Below, in pieces: positions 27,590 through 40,260 of a stretch of DNA of 64,000 nt. The notes beneath the pieces are model-generated. The model worked only from the letters and a program-made list of their open reading frames with translations. It was not told the origin of the DNA and did no database searches. How positions within the stretch are numbered: position 1 is the first letter of the stretch; every line of letters starts with the position of its first letter. The stretch is from the NCBI RefSeq assembly GCF_006345805.1, contig NW_021833102.1, positions 9,021 through 73,020 of the forward strand. The letters are read 5' to 3'. The translations under genes and the position numbers were made by a program. The stretch comes from Octopus sinensis. Lineage: Eukaryota.

Positions 27590-28060
27590 AGGAGTGATAT
27601 TAGTAGAGGCCAGAGCCCATGGAGAACTAGCCCGTAGATTTAGAAAAGCTCTGAAAGAGACCAAACTCAACATTAAAATTGTTGAAAAGCCAGGAAACTC
27701 CGTCAGGTCACAATTATGAAGGACATGCCCGTTTAAGAATACCATATGCACAATTGATAACTGCATGGCATGTAGAATTAGCCCTGGTATTAACTGTAGA
27801 ACTCGAAATGTATTTACAATATAAGATGCATAGAAGGTGCTTGTAAGGACATGAACATGATGTACATAGAAGAGACGTCTAAGAGCATTGCGGAACGGAT
27901 AAATGAACATTTAAGACAACTTGACGACAGAAAACAGTCTTCTATACTCTACCAACATGCCAAAGACCACCATGGAGATAACTTGGATCAACCTGACATC
28001 CGCATCTTATCCAAGCACCCCCCCCATCCCTGCTTTTCAATGCTAAACCCGATATAAAAC
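27590..28060 (+). mobile_element. Degenerate Penelope-like element C-terminus with GIY-YIG endonuclease
   Basis: ..NCRTRNV....C...C followed by YIEETSKSIAERINEHLRQ...SILYQHAKDHHG...IRIL, which fits the YIGET-R--EH pattern; interrupted by frameshifts and stops. Confidence 0.75.
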
Positions 28061-28929
28061 AGTCATCACACTATAAATAAACCTGTTCAATCTCTACTCT
28101 CCTCATCACACCCCAAATCCCAACCTCTAGTTCAAACTTTGATCTCTTACTTGACTATTCTCTCTAAAAAACCTTCACAAATCCTCAAGCTGACCCTAAT
28201 ATAGACTAAACTCTGAAACCAATCCTAACAGTAAACCCCACCAAAATAAAAAGAAAGACCACTTACCTTTGGCCATTTGGGATCTATAATACAAGGCATG
28301 ATATGCAAACAACAAGCAAAAATCAACCAACATTTGAAAGTCAAGTTTTTATCTGTGTCGAATCATGATATACCTTGTTTTAATAATACAGTTGTCCTTA
28401 CATTTACACAGTACATTGCTTCCACAATCATCAAACTAATCATTCTGATGCGAAATCAATTGTTTTTATTTATAATAGAAACAAATTAATTATTGAAATT
28501 AATATAAGAAATAACAATTAACGTGTATGTTGTGTCATCACATCATTTAACCTTCGTTTTCATGTTGTCATGGGTTGGGACTATTTCACAATATCTGAGA
28601 TGATTACTACACGTACATCTAATGTCTGTTTTCACATGGTTTCTATGTCTGAGAAAAGTTTTGGTAACACTGACACTAGTAAAATTAAAAAGTAAATTTC
28701 AAGGATGAGTGGACTGCTAGTAGTGAGAGAGGTGGCTTCATCCTAACCTGTAGTATGATAGAGAGACAGGCAGAGGTGTGTCGCTGTAGAGAAAGTAAAT
28801 GGCTACCCTGCATATATGTATGTATGTATATAGGTAGACATCGATTAGAGCGCTTTCTCATTGCTAATATGTTAACATATGCCTGATGTGTGCTTTAAAA
28901 ATAAAGTGCTTGCACTGGCACTAATTTCT

Positions 28930-29110
28930 TCAGATGATGAAAATCACGGAGAGGATCATAGCCCAACTTATTAGGAAAAGACTTAATCTAGATGAGATGC
29001 AATTTGGTTTTGTATCAGGAAGAAACCCAGTCATGATATATTTCTGGTAAGAAACCCCAGGAGAAGTACCTAACCAAGTATAAACCTATGTACTTGACTT
29101 TTGTTGGTAT
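28930..29110 (+). mobile_element. Old RTE LINE fragment (RT), left half of a copy split by an LTR element
   Basis: MKITERIIAQLIRKRLNLDEMQFGFVSG matches the 40428..41273 ORF (MKVTERVIAQLIRESVSLDEMQFGFVPG). Confidence 0.85.
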
Positions 29111-29176
29111 CATAATCATTCAGGTAATAACAGATAATATAAAACAGGCAGACCCTAGCAACTCCTCTATGCTGAT

Positions 29177-31117
29177 TACAGGATTACAACTAAACACACA
29201 TATATTACAATTTATTACATTACATTCAATTCGCCATATATTATTCATTTTATTATCCATCATCTTTCCCTTCACATTTCAGGTATACTGAAGACCCTTT
29301 ACTCATTGCTTCAGACTGCATAAAATATTGGTGAAAGCAAACAGTTGTCAGACTTATTTATGACAAAAAGCGAGTCAGTATGACCAACGTACCCTGTCCT
29401 GCACCTGATTGTGCCATGAGTTGGCCTGTAAACAATCCATGGGAGAGAGTACTGACAAGCCTCATCGATCATCTGCAACAATGACACAGAATGTATGCAC
29501 CTGCCACCTACAACAAATACAACCCCCTCCTCCAACTACACTACCATTCCCAGCCACTGAGGAAAAACGTTGTCGCCTGAGGAAGTAGCTGCTACAATAC
29601 TACAGCTCCAGCACATTCAACGTCTGCAACCATCGGCAATTCTCCAAGATGTCTGACCAACGATCCGCTTAATGCTAAACCAGTCGCCCACCATAGCCCA
29701 TACCAGTCCTGGTTCATTGGCAAGAGGAAGTAAAAGCAGGTCTCGACCGGAATGTTCCACTTGGAGTTATCAAGCCTATTCCCATTGGTACATCTGTCAA
29801 TTGGTGACAGACAATGGTGGTATGTCCTAACAGGTCTGGAAAACCATCTTAAAGGAGCATCGAATGGCGCACAGGCACTTAACACTGCCTATCAGCTATG
29901 AGCTGACATTGTACCTTCTTCCACAATTGGGGAGAATCACCGCCATTGCATTTCCCCATGACAACTGCCGCGCCAAAGTCGGTATTGAGACAATAAAGGG
30001 CCTCGTTACAGACAACACTGACACCAATGGCTTCCTTAACACTGACAGTTTCCAGTGCACAATGCTACAATAAAGAAATACACACCTGACTGGGACACAC
30101 ACTTGTCCCCAGCCATGTGCATCTTTGGCAGCCCTATACAATACTTTATTCCCATCCATCCCGGCAAGTACAAGCTACATTCCACATGGCATGAAACTAT
30201 GACTTATTGAAAAGAAGACCTGCGTAAACACAACATGAGTGCTACTGAACGGTGTCAAAACACACATGCTCACTTCTTTCGAACTATGTCCTAATCCAGA
30301 GCCAAGTTTGACCCAATCCTACAAATGGGGGGGAAAACTGGTGCCATTTAGATGTACGTCATTTCGATCTGTACATGTTGAGAGTGGATGGATCAGGCCA
30401 AGTCACACTGTGCAACAAATTCCTCTGGAAGTATCTACTGCTTCTTCCCCATGGCCCACTGCTCATGGTGTCTGGACCACATGCGTTCCCTACGCCAACA
30501 CCAGTGATGAGACTACCTTCTCAACCGACTTTAACAGCACCTCATGCAGCTGCAACACCAATGCCCACTTCCCGATTCCAAATTACCATGACCAGAAAAG
30601 CATCTCACCGCCTACCCACAGAGCCACGCCAACTTACCCCACCTTTACCACAAGTGGTCATACCCCAACACCCCTTGAAACCCCTGCTTTCCAAAAGTGA
30701 CCCTTGCCTGATGCAGTTTATCCTCCATCCAGCAATTGTCCTGTTTGTCGCTCTGCCAGACTCGCAAAGACTGACACAAAAGCCTGATGCACAACTGACA
30801 CGTTGCTCCTTGATCGTCACACCGTCAATATTGATTAAGGGTCTCTTGCACTAATTATTATTTTCGTTAATCATTTAATACATATTATTAGTCTTCTTTG
30901 CTTCTCTCAAAGGAATTGGGGAGGGCATAGAGGATGACAACTGAACACTCATATATTATCATTTATTACATTACATTCAATTAGCCATACATTATTAGTT
31001 TCATTATCCAAATTTTTCCTTCACGTTTCATGTATACCGAGGACCTTCTTTTTCATTGCTTCAATCAGTGTACATAAAGTGTTTGTGAAAGCAAAGAGTT
31101 TTCACACTTATTTACTA
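29177..31117 (+). mobile_element. Internally deleted Ty3/Gypsy LTR retrotransposon remnant
   Basis: Diverged ~190-bp direct repeats at 29177-29365 and 30928-31117. A purine tract (aaaggaattggggaggg) precedes the 3' repeat. Integrase remnant [43 protein letters not shown]. Confidence 0.8.
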
Positions 31118-31970
31118 ATGAGCTTCTTCTTATAGCTAAATCACTACCAGAACTAGAGAACAAATTGTGCGTACGGAAGCAAGGTCTAGAATTGAAAGGT
31201 CACAGAATTAACCTACCCAACCCTAACACAAAGTCTTAGTAAGTAGGAAAACAGATAAATCGTAAAGCCCTTCAGGTACATGGCCATCCTCAATATGGAA
31301 ACAGGTAGGTAGATGTACTCTGTATAACACATAATAGGGTAGCAATATCAGAGGAAGGTAAACTGGGAAAATATTTTTTGCATGTGGAAGGTGCACATGT
31401 ACAGTAAACACTAAAAGTGTACAGAAAATGGGCTTCATCAAATACCAGAGGAGTACGATAAAGATTGTTGAGCAACAAAGTCAGTAGCAGAGGTGGATGA
31501 ACCAAGAGTAGGCTGCAAGAATAAAAATAGGCTGAGCAAATTCAGAGAGCTCCTTCCTCTGTTTAGTAACTAAGGGTCTCTCCTTCAGAGTGAAAGCCAG
31601 ATTTATTATACCTGTGCAGACAACTATGCTACATGGCAGAAGAAGTAGACATAAGAAGGCATTGGACAAGGTGGTAATGCATGATCTTTGACTGTTGGAA
31701 CTTATAAAGGCAATGACTAATGACTGACACCTTTCATGACATGCCGTGCCTTAGAAGACAATATATTGTAATTAATTTCCCATCAATTAATTTTTTCACA
31801 ACCCCCCCCTGCCCACAACACTCATGGAGTGCTTGATGTTAAGAGGGCATCCAGCCATAGAAACAATGACAAATCAAGACTGGAGTCTGCTGCAGACCCT
31901 CAGCTTACAGCCCTGATGAAACTGTCCAACCCAAGCCAGCATAGAAATGGACATTAAATGATGATGAGAT
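31118..31970 (+). mobile_element. Old RTE LINE fragment, right half, with 3' tail ending in (GAT)n
   Basis: LIAKSLPELENKL..RKQGLELKG.RIN matches the RTE ORF; tail gtccaacccaagccagcatagaaatggacattaaatgatgatg. Confidence 0.8.
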
Positions 31971-32860
31971 GATGAGGACAATTCTTTTTGTAAAACTTTT
32001 GCATTTGATGCTGAACATCTAGTTTAAAGTTAATTTTATACATTGAATTTTCATTTCCAGTGAAATCAATTTTAATATTTCAAATTCAAAAATATTTAAC
32101 AAAATATAATGAGAAACTGAAGCAAGTACTACTTCTATATTTGTAAAATCAAAAAGAAACAAATAGAGAAAATGAGCAAAATTGTGCAAAAGTGAACTAA
32201 GAAACAGAATACTGTGTAAGGCAAGAGACAACTGTATTTTATGATACAATATTGCATAAACACAAAAAAAGAAACTATTGCAGAGGAATTAAACTGAAAC
32301 AGATATCAACATGACACACACAACCCATGCTAGTATGGATAAAATGATTAGATATTTCTGTCGAGAGAAAATTCAGTGACAATCTTATGCAACCAACAAT
32401 AACCTCAAACTTATCAGATTATTGTAGATGAGCAACAACTCAAGAAACCTGTCAAAATTCTATGTTCTTACAATGAATTAATTGCAAGTATTTAAGTATG
32501 TAGACAACATAATTTCATGTTTTATATGCATCAATACATGTGTAAAAATAAGTCTCATATCTACGTTCATTTTTCCATCCTAGCATGAGTTTGAAAAATA
32601 TAAGATTTAATAGTTGGGTAACATTGTCGTAGCTAATGCTAATTTTCTACTAAAGGTTTTCTTTTTTCTTTCAAAGTGCAGTTCTAACAAATGATACATT
32701 TGTACACAAACATGACAAAAGTAAATAGATACCCATTAACACATTGTTTTTATGGTTATTATAACTTGAAGAGGTTTATATTTTTTTTATTATTGACATT
32801 TATATGTTTCAGGTTCTATGTAACTGTTTAATCATGCCATGTACAAAAGAAGCCTTAAAA

Positions 32861-33821
32861 ATGTCCAATTTACAAAGAGGCCATATGCTGCGCCTATTTC
32901 AAGGCTGACTTAGCCTAAAACCACAAAAAACATTGTGATTCCACTTTCTACAGTAAATAGAGTAATATTTCAATTCACTAAACAGGAAAGTAGTCCATAT
33001 CACCTTACCCAGGTAGACTAAGGCCCTCTGACAGAACACTTTGCTTTCTTAAGAGAAGTGTTAAGATAATCCTCATTGCAAGGCCTCCAATATAGCAGAA
33101 TAAGTTGATGTCAGTCCCAGAATAGCTGTCAGTTATCTCTGCAAAATTGGCTATTATGGCAGAGCAGCAAGAAAGAAGACACTGCTTCGACCAGCCAATA
33201 TCAAATGGAGAAAAGATTGGACAAGTGAAACGGTAGAGAGGTCACTAGCACTTTGGGACACTGTCAAATTCTCTGATGAATCCAGATTTGCTGTATTTTC
33301 TGACACTGGTTGAATGTGGGTCTGGAGAATCAGTCACCAATATTTTCACGTGAATATATTGCAGCCAACAATGAAACATGTGATGGTCTGGAGAGCAGTT
33401 TGGAGCAATAGTCAATCAGAAATGGTGGAATGTGAGGGATACATAAACTCATATGTGTCCATATTATAGAAAAATCTTCTTCCTATAACCTCCAGGGGTA
33501 AAATGATTAAATAACACTATTTATGGAAGATAGGGCTTTCTTGCACAACTAAAAGACCCAGGATTGGTTGGAAGAGAATGGCATTAAAAAGCTTCCATAG
33601 CTAAGCCAATCACCAGATATGAACCCTACTGAACACCTCTGAGGCATGATGGATGGGATACTTCCTAAAAAGAAAAAGAAAGCATCCTTAAAGCCAGATC
33701 TTTTGATATTACTGCAAGAAACTTGGCAAGAAAATCATGAAGAGAATATTCATCAGATCAGTAGCATGCCTGCTAGGGTCCTTGCATTCAAAAATGCAAG
33801 GAGCCTGTCTACTAAATATTA
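32861..33821 (+). mobile_element. Degenerate Tc1/mariner transposase
   Basis: WDTVKFSDESRF, VMVW, FMED, WLEENGIKKLP*LSQSPDMNPTEHL are the DD34E motifs, with stops. TIRs could not be placed confidently. Confidence 0.88.
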
Positions 33822-34169
33822 GATATTCACATTATTATTAATAAATAATTTAAATAAATTTTAACAATTATAAGGATGTCTATTTAATTCTGTCATGTCT
33901 ATGTAGTTTTTGAAGCAAAACACAATGGAAACATTAATATTAAGACCTTTTCAAAAATCTCTCTCAAGCTTTTCATGCACACTAAGATTTTATTGACATT
34001 CATTCAAATTCACTCATTCCAACATGAAACAATTTTTTCCATCAAAAACTTTGTGATGTTTTCACTTTCTCTAATTTGATCTAGATCCTCTAAGTGTCTC
34101 TAATGCATTCATGCCTTAATTTCGATTTGTTGCCTAGATTTTTCCTCAGGGCCAACTCACCAAACAGAA

Positions 34170-34620
34170 ATTAATGAGAGACCTAACTGCCTTTCATCTT
34201 GATCACATAAATACTCCCACATATTTGGTGCTCAAATACAGCATGCTCCACACTAGGAGATTGACAGTTACCCAGTATATGCAAAAATCGAACACATTTG
34301 CAGTACTAAACAAGCCATTACTATTGCATTTTCTGGCTTCAAGTATGAAGATTTTATAAGCAGAAAGAACACTGCACAGAAGCTTTTTTCATGAAAGATA
34401 AAATATTAGTCTTTTTTTTCTCTTCAGAGGAACACATGGTTGGAGGGTAGACACTTACTAAGGTAACAAATCTCTTGTTTGACAATGGCAATCTCACTGA
34501 CATCAAGGTAATCAGTAAATCCAGAGAGTTCATAATCTTAGATGCCAATATTTCACAAACATTCAATGGTCTGTACTCTCTTGCAGTAGCAAGATGACAC
34601 ATAGGCCCAGGCTGCAATAC
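34170..34620 (-). mobile_element. RTE/BovB-type AP-endonuclease fragment, degenerate
   Basis: LMSVRLPLSNKRFVTLVSVYPPTMCSSEEKK resembles the APE motif RL.L....TL.S.YAPT. Confidence 0.65.
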
Positions 34621-35625
34621 TGTGGGACACCTTCACTATCCATTCCACATCCCTTCTTGACATTACTCTAAATTATTTTGATTTTTCAATGAGTATTTTG
34701 CACTTTTTGTCAACAGTACCTATAACATGCATCACATAATTGATATGGTGTATACACACACATGCAATAAGCATCATATAGTTCCCATCAACCACTTTCA
34801 CTAAAAATGCATTTGTTGGTCCCTACCTATAGTCGAAGACTCTTGCCCAAAATGACACACAGTAGAACTAGACCCTAAACCATGGTATTGGGAAACAAAC
34901 ATATTTTACATTTGCAAACATATATGTCTTATGAAAATTGTTCAATATACACAGAGAAACAGTTGTTCAATTTACAAACAGCTATGGTTAACTAACAAAA
35001 AACTTAATTTAACAAAAAAATTATGTATTTACATACAGGTGAAGCTTCTTGCTTGGTAAAATCTACATGTATAAAGAAAAGTCTACATGTATAAACTGTT
35101 GTGGTGAGAGTCATTGGCACCCCTATGGGATTGGAAGAATGGACTAGCAAAACTCTTATAAAAAAATTAGCATATTGGTTGAGACAAAGAGAGTCATTGG
35201 GAGTTCATGGAAGTTGTTGACATTGTTCAGAGTTTCTATTTATTAGAAGTATTGTGTTTAGTAGAGTAATCTGAAGTGGGTTGTGTGAAGACAGTTGTGT
35301 CTATCCCCGCTTCGTGAAATTTGCATATCCAACATATAGAAAGATATAAAATAAACAAAAGTTCGCATGTAAACCAATAAGTGTAATCATTCATTTTTTA
35401 ACCCTGAAAGTAAAAATGAAAAACATCCTAATAGTAGCGAAAGGAAAATTTTGGCTTTAATATCAGTTCAATACTCTTTATTTGAAGTGACAAGCAGCCA
35501 AGAATTTGGCAAATGGAAACTTTTACATGTCTCATGTTACATGCATATATATGCATGCTTGCACCCAGTTTCTGTGCACATCTATAGACTGTTAACTTTT
35601 TTTTTCCTTTGCATGCAACTCTTTT

Positions 35626-36110
35626 GGTGTTTTTTATGTGCCACCGACACAGGTGCCAGACGAGGCTGGCAGACGGCCACGCTCGGATGGTGTTTGTTAC
35701 GTGCCCTCAGCACGGAGGCCAGTCGATGCGGTACTGGCTACGGTCACGTTCGGATGGTTTTCTTATGTGCCACCGGCACTGGTACCACAAGGATACAAAT
35801 TCCATTGATGTTCATCTATTTTGATTTGGTTTGATTTGATTTGATTTTCACTTGCCTCAACAGGTCTTCACAAGTGTCACAAGAAGGAAGGTATGCACAG
35901 GTGGACTGACTATGTCCCAGGTAGGGGCCACGGGTTATGGCTTCACTAGTCTTGCCGGGTCTTCTCACGCACAGCATACTTCCATAGGTCTCGGTCTCTA
36001 GTCATTTCCATGGTGAGACCTAACGTCCGAAGGTCGTGCTTCACCACCTCGTCCCAGGTTTTCCTGGGTCTACCTCTTCCACGGGTTCCCTCAACTGCTA
36101 GGGATTGGCA
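35626..36110 (-). mobile_element. RTE LINE fragment (ORF C-terminus plus part of 3' UTR)
   Basis: 36010-36110 nearly matches 46670-46772; the UTR carries ggtg.tttttatgtgccacc sub-repeats. Confidence 0.85.
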
Positions 36111-36214
36111 TCCCTATACCTATATATATATATATATATATATTCATGTATATGTAGGCACAAGACCTCACGAAACATGTGTGTGTATATATATATATAT
36201 TTATATATATAGCC

Positions 36215-36623
36215 TTGAAATCAAAATCGATGACTGGCATCCGTGCTAGTGGAGCGCTAAGAGTACCATATGAGCATCATCGTTGCCAGAGCAACAAGCT
36301 AGCATTCGTGCTGGTGGCACATAAAAGACACCGTTCGGCGTGATCATTACCTGCGTTCCCTTACTAGCACTTGTGCTGGTGGCATGTGAACAAAACATTC
36401 GAGCGAGGTCATTGCCAGTGCCGCTGGCACATAAAAAGCACCATTTGAGCATAGCCGTTGTCGGTACTAACTGACTGGCCTTCATGCTGGTGGCACATAA
36501 AACCACCCACGGGCATCCAACTGCAGAAACTCTGCCAGATCAGACTGGAATCTGGTTTGCCAGACCTCAGTCAAATCATCCAGCCCATGCCAGCATGGAA
36601 AGCAGACATTAAACAATGATGAT
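36215..36623 (+). mobile_element. RTE-related 3' UTR/tail fragment
   Basis: Several gctggtggcacataaaa..cacc motifs and the tail cccatgccagcatggaaagcagacattaaacaatgatgat. Confidence 0.75.
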
Positions 36624-36706
36624 ATTTATATCTAGCCAAAGATATATATATATATATATATTATGCGTGTGTTTGTGTGTGTAAATATATATATATATAT
36701 ACATAG

Positions 36707-36996
36707 CAACATCATCGTTTAACGTCCGTTTTCCATGCTAGCACAGCTTGGACAGTCCGACTGGGGTCTATGAAGCCAGGAATCTGCAACAGGCTCCAGT
36801 CTGATCTGGCAGTGTTTCTACAGCACGATGCCCTTCCTAACGCCAACCACTTCGTGAGTGTAGTGGGTGCTTTTTATGGTCCAGGGCAAGCTGGCAGCGG
36901 CCACAATTGGTTAGTGCTTTTTACGTGTCACTGGCACAGAAGCCAGTCAGGGTGGTGCTGGCATCAGCCACATTCGGATGGTGCTTTTTACATGCC
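36707..36996 (-). mobile_element. RTE 3' tail fragment
   Basis: catcatcgtttaacgtccgttttccatgctagc..., same as 45348 and 47715. Confidence 0.85.
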
Positions 36997-36999
36997 ATA

Positions 37000-38031
37000 T
37001 CTTTATATATATATAAAACTGAGAATGTGTGTCTGTCTGTCTGTCTGTCTGTGTGTTTCCCTAAAACTTGAGAACTACACAACCAATTTCATTCAAATTT
37101 TACACATGCCTTACTTAGGGTCCATGTAGTTTCATAGGCAAAAAAGAATGTTCGACTTCTTGCCTAGAGCGATCCCTTAGCAATATCATATCTTCTCCAC
37201 TATTTCAGTATTACGTGTTAAAAGTGAAACAAAAACATTTCTCTATTTTATGTCAGATACTTTCACTTTAACAATAAAAATAATAATAACAATTGAATTA
37301 TATGTAGTAAGTAATAATTAAAATCAAACTAAAGTATCATATAATCGTAACATAACAAAAGTAAAAATAGTAATTGGTATCAAATTGCATCAATGACTTG
37401 AACTGGAATAAGTGGTTTCACATGAATGGGAATAAATTAAAAATAAAATTAGCGTGCAGAAATGGAATAGTCCAGATGGATAATAAAAAATTAAATTAAA
37501 GAAAAGACTATTGTCTATAAAGTATACAATGTAGAGAAAAAAGATTTGAACACAAGGAGGAAAGCACGTTCGAAAAGTGTCTTGGTGCAACTATGAAAAA
37601 TATCTAATCAGAGGCAGTAAATTCGCCACAATAAAAGCAAGGTTCGAGTCAACGGAGTGTGCAAGGGAGTACCTGATTCGAACTTGCAAAGTGGAAATAT
37701 TTTGTTTTTACTTTTATATCTGGGACGTAGGACGTCCCGGAAAAAATTTTTTAATTTACTCTCCCACCCCAGAAGTAGAGGTAGGCTGGATTGTAGCCAC
37801 ACTTCTATACAAGAGGGAGGACAAGATACAATTGATCGAATTTACAAGAGACGGGCTAACAATTCCAGTCTGTTATATATTTTGAGTATTGTTATCACTA
37901 GCAATATCAAGATATAACTTTGTATTTTGTATTTTATGTGTAGATGTATATATATAGATGTACATGTAATATGTACACATATATACATGCACAAGCACTA
38001 TGACCCGGCAACGACGGGTCTTTAATGCTAG
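37000..38031 (+). mobile_element. Non-autonomous Helitron (1032 bp)
   Basis: Inserted between A (36999) and T (38032). 5' TC; (TGTC)n near the 5' end; 3' hairpin GACCCG-gcaacga-CGGGTC (38002-38020) followed 7 nt later by CTAG. Confidence 0.88.
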
Positions 38032-38324
38032 TATATATATATTTATGTGTTTTTAAATATATATATAATATGTGTTTGTATATATATATATATATTTGCT
38101 GTCAACTTCAGTCGGAAAATGAATTCCAGCTAAGCAATTTTTTAACTTAATTGAGCCTGTATCTACCGGAAATATTTCTATGCAATTGATGATCTTTAGT
38201 TTCCCATGTTTTATCTCTATTTATGTTATGACATTTTCACTGTTACTCTGTTTATTTCAGCCTCGCCTCGTGTTATATATTATGTATAATTCATTAGTTC
38301 TTCTCAAATATATTGTTGTTTCTC

Positions 38325-39461
38325 AGGGAGAAAAACTAGAAATAGTTGATAGCTTCCGTTACCTAGGTGACCAAGTCAGTAGTGGGGGCGGGTGTGCTGA
38401 AAGTGTAACTGGTAGAGTAAGAATAGCCTGGGCAAAGTTAGAGAGCTTTTACCTCTGCTGGTGACAAAAGGCCTCTCGCTCAGAGTAAAAGGCAGACTGT
38501 ATCATGCATGTGTACGAACAGCCAGGCTACATGGCAGTGAAACATGGGCCGTGACAGCTGAGAATATGCGTAAGCTCGCAAGAAATGAAGCCAGTATGCT
38601 CCAATGGATGTGTAATGTCAGTGTTCATACTCGACAGAGTGTAAGTACCTTGAGAGAAAAGTTGGACCTAAGAAGCATCAGTTGTGGTGTGCAAGAGAGA
38701 CATTTGCGCTGGTATGATCATGTGACAAGAATGGATGAAGATAGTTGGGTGAAAAAGTGCCACACCCAAGCAGTTGAGGGAACCCATGGAAGAGGTAGAC
38801 CCAGGGAAACCTGGGACGAGGTGGTGAAGCACGACCTTCGAACTTTAGGTTTCACCGAGACCTATGGAAGTATGATGTGCGTGAGAAGACCCGGCAGGAC
38901 TAGTGAGACCATAACCCATGGCCTCTACCTGGGATGTAGCCGGTCCACTTATGCAAACCTTTCCTTCTTGGGACACAAAACTCTACTTGTGAAGACCTGT
39001 TGAGGCAATTGAGAATCAGAATCAAAATCAAAATCGATCAACATCAATGGAAATTGTAGCTGTGATACCAGTATCGGTGGCATGTAAGAGAACCATCCGA
39101 ACTGCTCCGACTGGCCTTCGTGCCGGTGGCATGTAAAAAGCACCATCCGATCGTGGCTGTTGCCAGCTTCCCCTGGCCTCCATGCTGGTGGCACGTAAAA
39201 AGCACCATCCAATCGTGGCCGTTTGCCAGCTTCCCCTGGCCTCCATGCCGGTGGCACGTAAAAAGCACCATCCGATCGTGGCCGTTTGCCAGCCTCGTCT
39301 GGCACCTGTGCTGGTGGTACGTAAAAAGCACCCACTACACTCACGGAGTGGTTGGCGTTCAAAAATTGCCAGATCAGACTGGGCCTGGTGCAGCCTTCTG
39401 GCTTCCCAGTTGAATCGTCCAACCCTTGCTAGCATGGAAAGCGGACGCTAAACGATGATGA
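38325..39461 (+). mobile_element. 5'-truncated RTE LINE with 3' UTR and (GAT)n tail
   Basis: GEKLEIVDSFRYLGDQVSSGGG...LHGSETWA...GRGRPRETWDEVVKHDL; tail ggacgctaaacgatgatgat. Confidence 0.92.
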
Positions 39462-40260
39462 TTTATCTGTAAAATCTTATTTAGCCTTAAGATATATCTT
39501 AAAAGATTTCAGTAACAAGCATAATCACAATGTCTAATCAATAAACTTTCAATATATAGACTCCATTTTTAATTTTTCTAACATTTATTCTTTTTTCTTT
39601 GGGGAGAGTCAGGTGAGACTGGTTGACTTTTTGTTTCCAGTGAATGTTAGACATATTTATTTTCATCATTGATAATAACAAATACAGAAAAAAAATAATG
39701 ATAGCTAACAAACAAAAATGTCTGAAAAACATCTCCAATAATGATTCTACGTACAACTGTCTTCTATTAAAATAAAAGAGTAATTCCTAGAAGCCTTGAC
39801 AGTTTCTTGCTTATAAAATATTTGTGGATGTGTAGATATATTTGCATGTGTGTGTGTAGACAGACAGACAGATAGATAGATAAATGAACAGATAGACAGA
39901 TTGGTTGATATGAGCGTGTGTACATGTACTGGAAATTCGAAATATAAGTTAAATACTAAAAATAAATGTTTCCAGCCATTTATGAAGTGTTATTATCACA
40001 GAATTAACTCTGGTTTTCAAAACTTAAAAATTAAGTCCATTCCCAACTATTTTCAATTATTATTTTCCATCATTATATTATTACATTCATAAAGACAGAT
40101 ATTTAACATGTTCAAACATTCTTAGCCTAGCCTTTCTCCACAAGCATATTTTACCATTCTTCATAGAATAACTTTTTTTGCTTCCTATGAAAGGATTAGA
40201 GTTTTCAAATTAAATTATAACTATTTCCTAAATTTTTTTGTTTACATACAATTTTTCTAT

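Noticed and set aside
32350-33905. Terminal inverted repeats for the Tc1 remnant
   Set aside because: Only weak similarity between ~32357-32387 and the reverse complement of 33871-33905; not enough to call.
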